A stretch of 64,000 nucleotides of DNA from Eledone cirrhosa (Eukaryota): positions 22,754,001 to 22,818,000 of the forward strand of contig OZ024763.1 in NCBI GenBank assembly GCA_964016885.1. Direction: 5' to 3'. Numbering within the stretch: the stretch's first letter is position 1; every line of letters starts with the position of its first letter. The position numbers were made by a program, and so were the translations under genes. Below are positions 26,614-40,213 of this stretch, piece after piece. The notes below the pieces were generated by a model. It was not told where the DNA came from. It saw only the letters and a program-made list of their open reading frames with translations, and ran no database searches.

Positions 26614-26881
26614 TAGTTATGTAATAAACAACATAAGGCAATTATTCCATTTACCAGTGGTTTCTTAAAAGCAAAAGATTTTGCTTTCAATCCTCAGAAT
26701 GAAAAAATCCTGGTCTGTTTATTGAATTTGGATTTAAAAAAACTAATCTAGGTTTTTTAAAACCCAAATTCAATAAACAGACCAGGATTTTTTCATTCTG
26801 AGGATTGAAAGCAAAAACTTTTGCTTTTAAGAAGCCACTGGTAAATGGAATAATTGCCTTATGCTATTTATTACATAACTA
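26614..26881. mobile_element. ~270-bp palindrome with two opposed hammerheads (26645..26703 minus, intact; 26791..26850 plus, GAAG variant)
   Basis: Minus strand ttcatt-CTGAGGA-ttgaaagcaaaa-tc-ttttgcttttaa-GAAA-cc-act-gg-TA-aatgga. Confidence 0.8.
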
Positions 26882-26931
26882 TTAAGCTCTGTTACCTACA
26901 TAGAGCACTCTTTTTTCCTGGACTTTTCCGA

Positions 26932-27133
26932 CTGTAGAAATGAGATGATAGGGACTGGGGTCCATATCATTCCACTGCAAAGTGGACGTGGAGGTGCCAC
27001 GGCAAAAAAGCACCCAGCACTCACTGTAAATGAGGTTGGTGTTAGGAAGGGCATCCAGCTGTAGAAATCAAGCCAGAATCAGTTCCCGTCCCACCCTTGC
27101 AAGCAAGGAAAAAGCGGACGTAAAATTAAATGA
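26932..27133 (+). mobile_element. SINE 3' half with RTE-like tail
   Basis: Reverse complement of 30686-30885. Confidence 0.75.
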
Positions 27134-27280
27134 GTCCTGTAGAAGTCTTTCTATTATTTAATATATATATATATACTGAGCTCCAGTAACTTATTGTGAC
27201 CAGCAGGTTCTTACACGAGTGTATATATATAGATATGGTCTTTTATATATATACATATATATATATCTTCATTTATTATA

Positions 27281-27381
27281 GCTAAGTAGTGAGTGTTGTT
27301 ACTGTGTATTCACAGGGTCATCAGACATGACCCTGTGAATACACAGGTAAAACTTCACAGTAACAACACTCACTATTTAGC
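27281..27381. mobile_element. Short fold-back with a broken hammerhead
   Basis: Arms gctaagtagtgagtgttgttactgtg / cacagtaacaacactcactatttagc. Minus-strand CTGATGA at 27318..27324; stem II cctgtg-aata-cacagg. Confidence 0.55.
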
Positions 27382-27944
27382 CATATTAAGTTAAATATTT
27401 AAATTCTACTTCCGTATTGAGTCCTCTTTTCTCTCATCAGTCAATAATACATGGATACGTATATATATCATATATATATGTGTGTGTGTATGTATATACA
27501 TATATATATACACATATATTCATATATATATACACTTACATATATATATATATACATACACACATATATAAACAAAAAATAAACATGAAGGCGGTGCCCT
27601 AACATGGCCACGGTCTAATGACTGAAACCAGTAAAAGATCAAAAAAATATAAATATATATACACATATATATATATATATATATAAACCCCACCAAAAAA
27701 AAAACACTAAAGGTGGTGCCCAAGCAGGGCCACAGTCAAATGACTGAAACCATTAAAAAAAAAAAAAACGAACGAAAAAATAATAAAATCTCCAACACGA
27801 TTGACAGAGGTGTACATTAATAATTATTTTTATCACAGTCACAATGACATAAAAATAAATATGACTAAATCTAAAACTGTATAAGGTGTTATTTAGAAAT
27901 TCTTTAAGCTACTGGAAATGTTACTAATTTTCTTGTACATATAT

Positions 27945-28900
27945 TTAACCCTTTAGCATTTACATTACTCTATATTTACTGTTGTATTTTTGTGGTAGAG
28001 ACTTTACCTCACATAATATCTAACATAGCATTTACATTACTCTATATTTACTGTTGTATTTTTGTGTGGTAGAGACTTTACCTCACAAAATATCTAACTT
28101 AGCATTTACATTACTCTATATTTACTGTTGTATTTTTGTGTGGTAGAGACTTTACCTCACAAAATATCTAACTTAGCATTTACATTACTCTATATTTACT
28201 GTTGTATTTTTGTGGTAAAGGATTTACCTCTCATAATTATCTCACATAATATCTCACATACCATCTACATTACTCTATATATACTATTGTATTTTCATGG
28301 TAAAGGCTTTACCTCACATAATATCTCACATAACATTTACATTACTCTATATATACTATTGTATTTTCACAGTAAAGGCTTTACCTCACATAATATCTCA
28401 CATAACATTTACATTACTCTATATATACTATTGTATTTTCACAGTAAAGGCTTTACCTCACATAATATCTCACATAACATTTACATTACTCTATATATAC
28501 TATTGTATTTTCATGGTAAAGGCTTTACCTCACATAATATCTCACATAACATTTACATTACTCTATATATACTATTGTATTTTCATGGTAAAGGCTTTAC
28601 CTCACATAATATCTCACATAACATTTACATTACTCTATATATACTATTGTATTTTCATGGTAAAGGCTTTACCTCACATAATATCTCACATAACATTTAC
28701 ATTACTCTATATATACTATTGTATTTTCATGGTAAAGGCTTTACCTCACATAATATCTCACATAACATTTACATTACTCTATATATACTATTGTAGTTTC
28801 ACAGTAAAGACTTTACCTCACATAATATCTCACATAACATTCACATTACTCTATATATACTATTATATTTTCACAGTAAAGGCTCACATAATATCTCACT
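27945..28900. repeat. 72-bp tandem array starting at a piggyBac-like MITE end
   Basis: TTAA-CCCTTTAGCATT terminus at 27945, then about 12 units of about 72 bp (24-aa periodicity in the ORF track). Confidence 0.8.
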
Positions 28901-29130
28901 TAATATCAAATCTATGAGATTTTGATATTATTTATTTTGAGAACAATACCTTAACATAAGTATGAGTGACCAGTTATGGCCGGTTTGAACAGAAAGAGAT
29001 GAGAGAATTGATGATTTTAAAGCTTATTTTGAGAATGATAACTACATCATATATATATATAGAGAGAGAGAGAGAAATATATGTGTATGTATGTACATAT
29101 ATACATACACACACACACACATATATATAT

Positions 29131-29553
29131 CATCATCATTTTACGTCCGCTTTCCCTGCTTGCAAGAGTGGGACGGGTCTTATTCAGCACAGTATCTCTC
29201 CACTTGTCACGGCCCTTTGTCATCTCCACCGTGAGCTTCAGCGATCTGAGGTTGCTCTCACCACCTCCGCCCATGTTTTTCGTGGTCTACCTCTACCACG
29301 TCTTCCTTCAACTGGCATTTCCTGGCACTTCTTCACCCATCGGTCATCCTCTATGCGCATCACATGTCCATACCACCTCAGTCTCCTCTCTCGTACACTA
29401 TATTCTATCCCTCTCAGACACAGTTTCTCTCTCAACACATTCATGCTGGGTCATTCACGCACATTGACATTGCACATCCAACGGAGCATGCTCGACTCAT
29501 TTCTCTCCAGCCGTCGCATATCCTCTGCAGTTGTTGCCCATGTCTCACTACCA
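29131..29553 (-). mobile_element. RTE LINE 3' fragment (short-UTR family)
   Basis: Minus-strand GSETWATTAEDMRRLERNESSMLRWMC...RRLRWYGHVMR...GRPRKTW; (GAT)n tail; (TA)n at both ends. Confidence 0.88.
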
Positions 29554-29689
29554 TATATATATATATATATATATATATAGTAATAATGAATGTGAAGACT
29601 AAAATCCAAAGAGCGCTCAATAAGGATTATATATAAAAAGCTGTAGAGCAAATATATATTATAAGTACAGATTAAAGTTTAAGCAAAGA

Positions 29690-29874
29690 ATCGCTGCAAG
29701 TCCTGGGTTCAATCAGGGGTAACCACAGTAAGTAAAGTACTCAATACATTAGTAGAGTGTAAACAACATATTGAATATAGAAATGGCTCCTACAGGATTA
29801 GAACTGTTTCATTCAAAGGAAATCACCAGGAAAGCTTTTCTGATGATTTCCTTTGAATGAAAGTTCTAGTCCTG
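29690..29874. mobile_element. Fold-back with two opposed degenerate hammerheads (same family as 6072-6212)
   Basis: Palindrome 29793..29874 centred on aagctt. CTGATGA-tttcctttgaat-GAAA on plus, CTGGTGA copy on minus. The flank ggtaaccacagtaagtaa..tcaataca is shared with 6140-6210. Confidence 0.65.
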
Positions 29875-30047
29875 CTTCTAAAATTAGTCTCAAGTCTGAA
29901 GCTTCACCAGGCCGTTGCTCATCCCAGTCTCCATGGCGTTAAGTGGCTGGGAGTACCAGACTCCCCCTGGACAGGACGCCAGTCCATTGCAGGGTTAAAG
30001 TCTGACCCAAGCCAAAAGGCTCATTAGGCCAGAGCTTATCCTGGTTT

Positions 30048-30375
30048 CATCATCATCATCATCGTTTAACGTCCATCTTCCACGCTAGCATGGGTTAGAC
30101 GGTTTTGTTCCATTTGATGCGGGAATGGTCGGGAGACCATGTCTTACTCGCATGGAAGCGTCTCTGGCAGGGTTTTTTTTACAGCTGGATGCCCTTCCTA
30201 ACACCAACCACATTTACAGTGTGGACTGGGAGCCTTTTCACCGTGTCTTCTACAAGGCCACCTTACAGTGTGAACTGCTGTGTCATCGACACAGTGGACG
30301 GTACGGGAGAGGGAGGATGAGGTAGGGTGTGGCGGTGGGGTGTACATTGAGTTTAGAGGTGCTTACTGACTAGGT
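30048..30375 (-). mobile_element. RTE 3' UTR fragment
   Basis: (CAT)n + gtttaacgtccatcttccacgctagcatggg, as in the other copies. Confidence 0.75.
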
Positions 30376-30634
30376 TTCCAGCAGTGTATACAGGAGCAAT
30401 GTGAAATGAAGTGTTTTGCTGAAGAACACAACACACAACCCAGCCCAGTATTTGAACCCAAGACATTATGATGAGAAGATCAACACTATTACCATTAGGC
30501 CACACATTGATTGTAAATATTTGAGATTGGCAGGAAATGGTGGAAGAAGGCAAAAAAAAAGAAAAACCTGGGGGGTGGGGGGCTCTCTTGAGCATGCATG
30601 GTTAATCTAGTTATGTACACTTGAAAGAAATATT

Positions 30635-30671
<37 letters not shown>

Positions 30672-31008
30672 CATCATCATCATCATTTCATTTTACGTCC
30701 GCTTTTTCCCTGCTTGCAAGGGTGGGACGGGAACTGATTTTGGCTTGGTTTCTACAGCTGGATGCCCTTCCTAACACCAACCTCATTTACAGTGAGTGCT
30801 GGGTGCTTTTTTGCCGTGGCACCTGCATGACCACTTTGCAGTGGAATGATATGGACCCCAGTCCCTATCATCTCATTTCTACAGCTGAGTAAACTGGAGC
30901 AATGTGAAATAAAGTGTCTTGCTCAAGGAAACAACACATCACCCGGTCTGAGAATTGAACTCACAACCCTTTGATTGCAAGGCCAATGCTCTAACCACTA
31001 AGCCTCCA
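30672..31008 (-). mobile_element. Apparently full-length tRNA-derived CORE-like SINE with RTE tail
   Basis: Minus strand ggaggcttagtggttagagc (A box)...gagttcaattc (B box)...tgtttccttgagcaagacacttt (CORE-like)...gcggacgtaaaat, then (GAT)n. Confidence 0.75.
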
Positions 31009-31109
31009 TATATAGAACCATCTGTGCCATGGAATGAGCTAGTATTCAATGGGCACTTGCTGCTACTTATTATATGTATATATATATATATACATATATA
31101 TATACATAT

Positions 31110-32112
31110 AATAAGTAGCAGCAAGTGCCCACAGAATACTAGCTCATTCCATTGCACAGATGGTTCTATAGAAATAGTGGACACCTTCCGTTACCTGGGT
31201 GACAAAATCAGCAGTGGTGGAGGGTGCTCTGAAAGTACAGTAGCTAGAGTCAGAACTGGATGGAAAAAGTTCCGAGAGCTTATACCACTATTGGCCGCTA
31301 AAGGGTTCTCCCTAAAAATGAAAGGCAGGCTGTATGATGCCTGCATACGAACAGCAATGTTACATGGCAGTGAGACCTGGGCATTGTGTGCAGAGGATAT
31401 ACGCAGACTGGAGAGGAACGAAGCTTGCATGCTCCACTGGATGTGTAATAGTAATATACGTGAACGGCAAAGCATAAACGAACTAAGGGAAAAATTATAA
31501 AAAGAGGGATCAGGTGTTGTTTACTCGAGAAAAGACTACGTTGGTATGGTCACGTGATGCGCCTGAAAGACGACAGCTGTATAAAAAAGTGCAGGGCAAT
31601 AAAAATAGACGGTAGCCACGGAGTAGGCAAACCCAGAAAAACATGGGACGAGCTGATAAATTCCGACCTCACACACTTACACCTCTCCAAGACAATGTCA
31701 CTGGACCGAGATCTTTGGCGCTACACAGTCATACAGAAGACCCGCCTTACCTAAGTACAAAGTGAAACCTACTACAGTCAGTAGGCACCTCTAACAAAAT
31801 ACACCCCCATCCCACTACCCCCACCCCATCCACACCACTTTCAATGTAAAGTTATGTTGGTACCCAACATCCAGTCCGAAACAAATGAGGTCGTGTAGGT
31901 GTCACGACAAAAAAACACACAGTCCACGCTGTAATGTGGCTGTGTAGGTAACACGGTAAAAACCTCCCAGTCCACACTGTAAATGTGGTTGGTGTTAGGA
32001 AGGGCATCCAGCCGTAGAAAACCCGCAAGACAACCACTCTTGCCTCAAGTGGGAAAACTCCCGTCCATACCCATGCAAGCGTGGAAGATGGACGTTAAAC
32101 GATGATGATGAT
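31110..32112 (+). mobile_element. RTE LINE 3' fragment with an inverted duplicate of its 5' end at 31013..31072
   Basis: EIVDTFRYLGDKISSGGG...[18 protein letters not shown]...DRDLWR; long 3' UTR; (GAT)n tail. Confidence 0.9.
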
Positions 32113-32124
32113 ATATATATATAT

Positions 32125-32196
32125 AAATGAAGAATTAGAAATAGAAGCCAGGACTATCCGTCATCAGTCCTGGCTTCTATTTCTAATTATTCATTT
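32125..32196. mobile_element. Short hairpin with a half hammerhead at its centre
   Basis: Arms aaatgaagaattagaaatagaagccagga / tcctggcttctatttctaattattcattt. Minus strand gga-CTGATGA-cggatagtcc. Confidence 0.55.
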
Positions 32197-32474
32197 TTAT
32201 ATATATCCTATTTGCAACAACACCGCTCGCCATTTTTCATTTATATATATATATGTATGTAAAAGGTAAACAGAAACAACAACACAATCAGTACAGTATA
32301 TGGAAGGGATATATTAGGTTAACGCTTGAAAAAGCAGGACCAGGACCTTAACATTTCGGACGCTAGTCCTTCATCATAAGAAAGAATGAGAAATAAGATA
32401 GATTCAGTGGATGGGCGGGTTAGAATTTGAAAAAATGTCTTTAGATAAAAATAACAGGTCCATTATATATGTGG

Positions 32475-32510
<36 letters not shown>

Positions 32511-32515
<5 letters not shown>

Positions 32516-33346
32516 ATTAGTATATTTACCAATATATGCGTACAGATGTACACTAATGCTAGCAAATACATAAGTTATGTCATAGTACCTAGGTGGTTCA
32601 ATGCAGGCGGATACAGAACAATTATATGAAAGACGTAAAATAAGAAAATTTTAAAAATTAAAAATTAACTTACTAAAATTTTCACTCCAACTAATTAATT
32701 TCTGTAATGGGATAAAGATAGTTACGCAATGTAACCATCGAGAATTCATTACGTCATCAGGGAGTCTATTCTCAGCTAAGTCTCCAGGCAATGCGCGGAC
32801 ACTAGGGACTCATATAAAAATAATAATTCGGTGGATGGAACAGCTGGCGGGGACTGAATTCCACAACACTGAAAAAGTTCACTGTCTCTGGTCAAATGGC
32901 AGATTCTAAAGAATCAATCACGTGACACTGAGGCTAGTCGGAAGGAGTGGGGTGGTAAAATGACAGAAGCCTACTACCACTCCAATGAATTAGTAGTGGA
33001 TTTGGCAGGTTTGCTCAACAAATAAATAATTTGGAGATGAATATAGAGAATTAGTATATTTACCAACATATGCGTACAGATGTATACTAATGCTAGCAAA
33101 TACATAAGTTATGTCATAGTACCTAGGTGGTTCAATGCAGGAGGATGCAGAACAATTATATGAAAGACGTAAAATAAGAGTCCCTAGTGTCCGCGCATTG
33201 CCTGGAGACTTAGCTGAGAATAGACTCCCTGATGACGTAATGAATTCTCGATGGTTACATTGCGTAACTATCTTTATCCCATTACAGAAACTAATTAGTT
33301 GGAGTGAAAATTTTAGTAAGTTAATTTTTAATTTTCTTATTTTACG

Positions 33347-33351
<5 letters not shown>
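32511..33351. mobile_element. Penelope pseudo-LTR-like direct plus inverted repeat with hammerheads (33224..33305 plus; 32684..32765 minus)
   Basis: Segment A (32511-32644) is repeated directly at 33045-33178; segment B (32629-32811) is repeated inverted at 33178-33351. Hammerhead ACTCC-CTGATGA-cgtaatg..cattaca-GAAA-ct-aatt-ag-TT-GGAGT. Confidence 0.75.
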
Positions 33352-33384
<33 letters not shown>

Positions 33385-33759
33385 AAATATTTACAGTTAC
33401 ACCTGTCACAATTGAAGGTGAAAATTGTTTTTCCTGTTTGTTTTTTATCTTTTGACTGAATCAACGAATAAAACCTTGAAAACTCGGAAATTATTCATTT
33501 TTTAAGTACAACACCCACCTCCCAGCCACACACACACAGCCCTGGATTTTAATGAAAAGTTCTTGGGTGGGGAAAACACAAAAAAAAAAAAACATGTAAT
33601 TTTGAAGGCCATATTCATTCAAAATAAATAAATGAATACATATATATTTTTAGATAATTCATGTTTTTCCTGTATATTTATAAATATATAAATGTAAGTG
33701 CATATCAGCTGTGCTAGGGTGAGAAATAAAATTCTAATTTTATTTATATATATATATAT

Positions 33760-34148
33760 AACCAAAGATTAATATGGTTCGTTGATTACTCAACGCATAC
33801 AATATTACAATAGATTAGAAGCACTCAACAAGGGATTTTCCTGGAGTTTTTAATATTATTCAAAATATTAGTAAATGAAAAATATTCCTATAATCAAAAT
33901 ATATATTTTATTATACATATTTCAAAGGTACAATGGTACGTTTTCATCAGACAAAATATAAGATTTCATATGTGACATACCGCTACGGTTTAGAATAATC
34001 AAAACCGTAGCGGTATGTCACATATGAAATCTTATATTTTGTCTGATGAAAACGTACTTAAACACCATTGTACCTTTGAAATATCTATAATAAAATATAT
34101 ATTTTGATTATGAGAACATTTTTCATTTATTAACATTTTGAATAATAT
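33760..34148. mobile_element. (TA)n-flanked fold-back element with two hammerheads (33905..33957 minus; 34036..34096 plus)
   Basis: Palindrome 33853..34148. Minus strand ATTTTGT-CTGATGA-aaacgtac-catt-gtaccttt-GAAA-tatgta-TA-ATAAAAT. Homologous to 57061..57410. Confidence 0.8.
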
Positions 34149-34330
34149 ATATATATATACACAGATAGCTATATATATATATATATATAGATTGATGTAG
34201 AGATAGTTTTATATATATGTATATATATAACCAGGAAAGGAGGAGATTTCACCCTACTGAGAGTGCGAAATGGGCACATTAGTAAGCAATATATATATGT
34301 GTGTGTGTATATATATTATATATATATATT

Positions 34331-34606
34331 TACGGGAGCCTCCCAAAGTCAGCTCGAAAGTAACACAGAAGAGACTGAGGTTAGCTGGACATGCTCACCA
34401 ACATTAAGAGTTGACTCTGCACTCAGTGGTCTTGTGGGAGCCCCTACATGGACACACTAGAGGAGGGAGACCGAGGTTGACATATATCGATGCCCTAAGG
34501 ACAGACACTGGTCTCTTGGAGTCACAGGACATGGTCGTGATGATGAGGGACAGAGACTGCTAGAGATAACTTGTCCATGGATCTCGAGAATTTTACCCGC
34601 CCTAGA
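34331..34606 (+). mobile_element. RTE/RTEX-like LINE 3' fragment
   Basis: [25 protein letters not shown]..; ends ttttacccgccctaga + (TAGA)(TA)n, like 35968-36314. Confidence 0.75.
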
Positions 34607-34837
34607 TAGATAGATATATATATATACTATATATTATGTTATTTTATACTAGAGTTTATTCTAACTCTCAGCCTAAGTGCCATCGTTCTTGACACTTCAG
34701 TCAAACCGGTATTCCAACTCGTAAACATTCCCGAGCTGTTAATTGTTAATGATAATAAATTATAATTAATTAACAAACTTTTAAGACCACGTAGTAATAT
34801 GTAATGCTATGTCAATGTAAATATAGGTTATATATAT

Positions 34838-35040
34838 ACATCAGATAGGGTGTAGTAAGATACCAGGTGGACCATAACCCACCAGAGTACTTGATACTTG
34901 GGGTAGTAGAGTGGGTAATAGGAAAAGAGTCAGGACCCCAATGGCTGAGCTCCAGCCTTTTCGACAGCTAGATCCGAACTAAGCCACCAATATTAGAACA
35001 GCAGGAATCTAGCTGAACTTACCAACAGATATAGTCTATA
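34838..35040 (-). mobile_element. Fragment of the hammerhead-associated family also at 54329..54523
   Basis: Shared ataggaaaag.gtcag.acccc.a.ggctgagctccagc..tttcgacagctagat and the distal flank; only the 3' half of a hammerhead is present. Confidence 0.55.
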
Positions 35041-35279
35041 TATAGGCATGAAGTCAAAGGAAAAATGCAAAAAATCTAAGCAAAAAGAATCTTAAAAGTT
35101 TGTTGTCTTGTTTTTCTCCGGGGAGTGGTCAGTGGCCTGGGGTGGAGTTAAGAAGATAAACTATATACACAACATTTAACAGGATTAAATGAGCCATTTG
35201 ATCTAAGGAGACAAACAAGATAAACAACAAACTTTTAAGATTCTTTTTGATAAGATTTTTTTGCATTTTTGCTTTGTAT

Positions 35280-36631
<1,352 letters not shown>

Positions 36632-36635
<4 letters not shown>

Positions 36636-36940
36636 TCATCATCATCTTCGTTTAACATCCATCTTCCACGCTAGCATGGGTTAGACGGGAGTTGTCCCAC
36701 TTGAGGCAAGGTTGGTCGGGTGACTGTGCTTCGCTCATACAGGACTATCTGGCAGGTTTTCTACTGCTGGATGCCCTCCCTAACACCAACAACATTTACA
36801 GAGTGGAACTGGGAACTTTTTACCGTGTTACCTACACACCCACATTACAGCATGGACTGTGTGTTTTTTTGTCGTGACACCTACACGATCTCGATCTCAT
36901 TATCTCATTTATTTGGACTGGATGTTGTGGTACCAACTTT
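36632..36940 (-). mobile_element. RTE 3' UTR fragment
   Basis: Same UTR and (CAT)n tail as the other copies. Confidence 0.8.
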
Positions 36941-36964
36941 ACAGAAAAATATGGAATGCTTCAC

Positions 36965-37019
<55 letters not shown>

Positions 37020-37070
37020 CATATATATATACATACATATATATATACGTATATCATTAAATAAACACTT

Positions 37071-37258
37071 GGCGGTGGATTGGCAGTATCGGTAGAGGGT
37101 CAGACACCATGCTTTCCAGCATAGTTACGTCCCTTTACGATCTGAGTTCAAATCCCGCCGAGGTTGACTTTGCCTTTCATCCTTACGGGGTCGATAAAAT
37201 AAAGTACCAGTAATGCACTGGGTAATTGCTGGCCTTGTGCCTAAAGTAGAAACAATTA
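37071..37258 (+). mobile_element. tRNA-derived Nin/Deu-like SINE
   Basis: ggcggtggattggcag...gagttcaaatccc (B box)...gactttgcctttcatccttacggggtcgataaaataaagtaccag. Confidence 0.72.
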
Positions 37259-37439
37259 AATAAACACTTGAATATATATATAAGAGAAACAGAAAACTGA
37301 GAAGAGACAAACACAAGGACAATTCCCACTCATCAGCTATCTTCTGGGGAACATTATAGTTTCAGATGCTTAAAGAGACAGAACTATTCCTCCCAGAGTT
37401 TAATTAATATCTACAGGAAGATGGTGATGATAATGACCG

Positions 37440-37775
37440 TAAAAGCTAATAGACCAGATATCATTGTAAAAGACCAACATAGCAAGGTCTGTTTATTGAT
37501 TAATATGAGCATCACATGAGATCACAATATCGCGGCAAAAGAATTTGACAAACTTAGAAGATATAAAGATCTGCTTATTGAAATCGAAAAAATGAATGTG
37601 GCACCTCAAGGCCGTTACAATACCAGTGATTGTGGGAGGACTGGGAATGATCAAGAAAGGAACAGAACAGTATTTGAGAATGATTCCTGGTTTACCCTCT
37701 CTGCAAGAGGTGCAAAAAATTATTTTTGTTTTGACTGGTACTGCACACATATTGAGAAGAGCACTATCTCTGTGA
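37440..37775 (+). pseudogene. R4/Dong-like non-LTR retrotransposon restriction-like endonuclease C-terminus, degraded
   Basis: KANRPDIIVKD..CLLINMS..KEFDKLRRYKDL..(frameshift)WHLKAVTIPVIVGGLG..TGTAHILRRALSL*; RPD...K..Y pattern of RLE domains. Confidence 0.78.
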
Positions 37776-37779
37776 GAAT

Positions 37780-38914
37780 GTGAGAATGATATACCCCACC
37801 CCTTGTGTGGTTATGTGTGTGTATGTGTGTAGAGCACTATCTCTGTAAGAATGATATCCCTCCTTGTGTGTGTCAGTAGAGTACTATACTGTGTGAGAAT
37901 GATATCTCTCCCTTGTGTATGTGTGTGTGTGCAGAGTACTATCTCTGTAAGTATGATATCTCTCCCTTGTGTGTGTGTATGTGTGTGTGTGAGCAGAGTA
38001 CTATACTATGAGTATGATATCTCTCCCTTGTGTATGTATGCGTGTGTGTGTGTGAGCAGAGTACTATACTGTGTGAGTATGATATTTCTCCCTTGTGCGT
38101 GTATGTGTGTGTGTGTGAGTAGAGTACTATACTGTGTGAGTATGATATTTCTCCCTTGTGTGTGTGTGTGAGCAGAGTACTATCTCTGTTGTTGTTCCTA
38201 TCTAATTGTTGCTGTGCTGATAAGCGTTTTGGCATTGATACACTGGTTGGATGCCCTTCCTAACACCAGCGCCACTTGACAGCATGGACTGGGTGCTTTT
38301 ATTTGTGCCACCAGCACTAGAGAGGATGTCTTACTAGGGCCTTCTCTACCCCTCCATTTTACAGCATGGTCATAATAAAAAAAAAAACACTTATTGACAC
38401 GACATGCACACACACACACACTCACACACCAACACTCATACATCCAAACTACAAACACACACGCCACTCACACACCAACACTCATTCATGCATACAAACA
38501 CACACACCACTCACATACACACACATATATATATATATTACCGGCAGTACTGATACAAAATCAAAATCATGTCAACTGTTAACTTTTCCCAGTCCAGTTC
38601 AGTTTTTATATAATAATAATAATTGTTTGCTTTACGCTGGTAATGGTAGTGGTGGTGGTGGTAATGGTGGTGGTGGTGGTGGATGGTGCCAGTGATGGTG
38701 GTGGTGGTGGATAGTGTCAGTGATGGTGGTGGTGGATGGTGTCAGTCATGGTGATGGTGGTGCATGGTATCAGGGATGGGGGTGGTGGTAAGTATGGTAT
38801 CTCTCCCTTGTGTGAGCAGAGTACTATACTGTGAGTATGATATCTCTCCCTTATGTGTGTGTGTGTGTGTGTGTGTGTGCAGAGTACTATACTGTGAGTA
38901 TGATATCTCTCCCT

Positions 38915-38949
<35 letters not shown>

Positions 38950-39107
38950 AGTACTATACTGTGAGTATGATATCTCTCCCTTATGTGTGTGTGTGTGTGT
39001 GTGTGTGAGCAGAGTACTATACTGTGAGTATGATATCTCTCCCTTATGTGTGTGTGTGTGTGTGTGTGTGTGCAGAGTACTATACTGTGAGTATGATATC
39101 TCTCCCT

Positions 39108-39140
<33 letters not shown>

Positions 39141-39172
39141 AGTACTATACTGTGAGTATGATATCTCTCCCT

Positions 39173-39212
<40 letters not shown>

Positions 39213-39249
39213 CAGAGTACTATACTGTGAGTATGATATCTCTCCCTTA

Positions 39250-39287
<38 letters not shown>

Positions 39288-39844
39288 CAGAGTACTATAC
39301 TGTGAGTATGATATCTCTCCCTTATGTATGTGTGTGTGTGTGCGTGTGTGTGAGCAGAGTACTATACTGTGAGTATGATATCTCTCCCTTATGTGTATGT
39401 GTGTGTGTGTGTGTGTGAGCAGAGTACTATACTGTGAGTATGATATCTCTCCCTTATGTATGTGTGTGTGTGTGTGAGCAGAGTACTATACTGTGAGTAT
39501 GATATCTCTCCCTTATGTATATGTGTGTGTGTGTGTGAGCAGAGTACTATACTGTGAGTATGATATCTCTCCCTCATGTATGTGTGTGTGTGTGTGTGTG
39601 TGTGTGAGCAGAGTACTATACTGTGAGTATGATATCTCTCCCTTATGTATATGTGTGTGTGTGTGTGAGCAGAGTACTATACTGTGAGTATGATATCTCT
39701 CCCTCATGTATGTGTGTGTGTGTGTGTGTGTGTGTGAGCAGAGTACTATACTGTGAGTATGATATCTCTCCCTTATGTATGTATGTATGTGTGTATGTGT
39801 GTGTGAGCAGAGTACTATACTGTGAGTATGATATCTCTCCCTTA

Positions 39845-39882
<38 letters not shown>

Positions 39883-40181
39883 CAGAGTACTATACTGTGA
39901 GTATGATATCCCTCCCTTATGTATGTGTGTATGTGTATTTGTGTGTGTGTGAGCAGAGTACTATACTGGGAGTATGATATCTCTCCCTTATGTATGTATG
40001 TGTGTGTGTGTGAGCAGAGTACTATACTGTGAGTATGATATCTCTCCCTTATGTATGTGTGTGTGTGTGTGTGTGTGTGAGCAGAGTTCTATACTGTGAG
40101 TATGATGTCTCTCCCTTATGTGTGTGTGTGTGTGTGTGTGTGAGCAGAGTACTATACTGTGAGTATGATATCTCTCCCTTA

Positions 40182-40213
<32 letters not shown>

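Noticed and set aside
28128-28917. 222-aa and 206-aa repeat proteins
   Set aside because: A 72-bp tandem repeat open in two frames, with no coding signal.
30940-31008. tRNA gene
   Set aside because: A and B boxes are present but there is no full cloverleaf, and the sequence continues into a SINE body.
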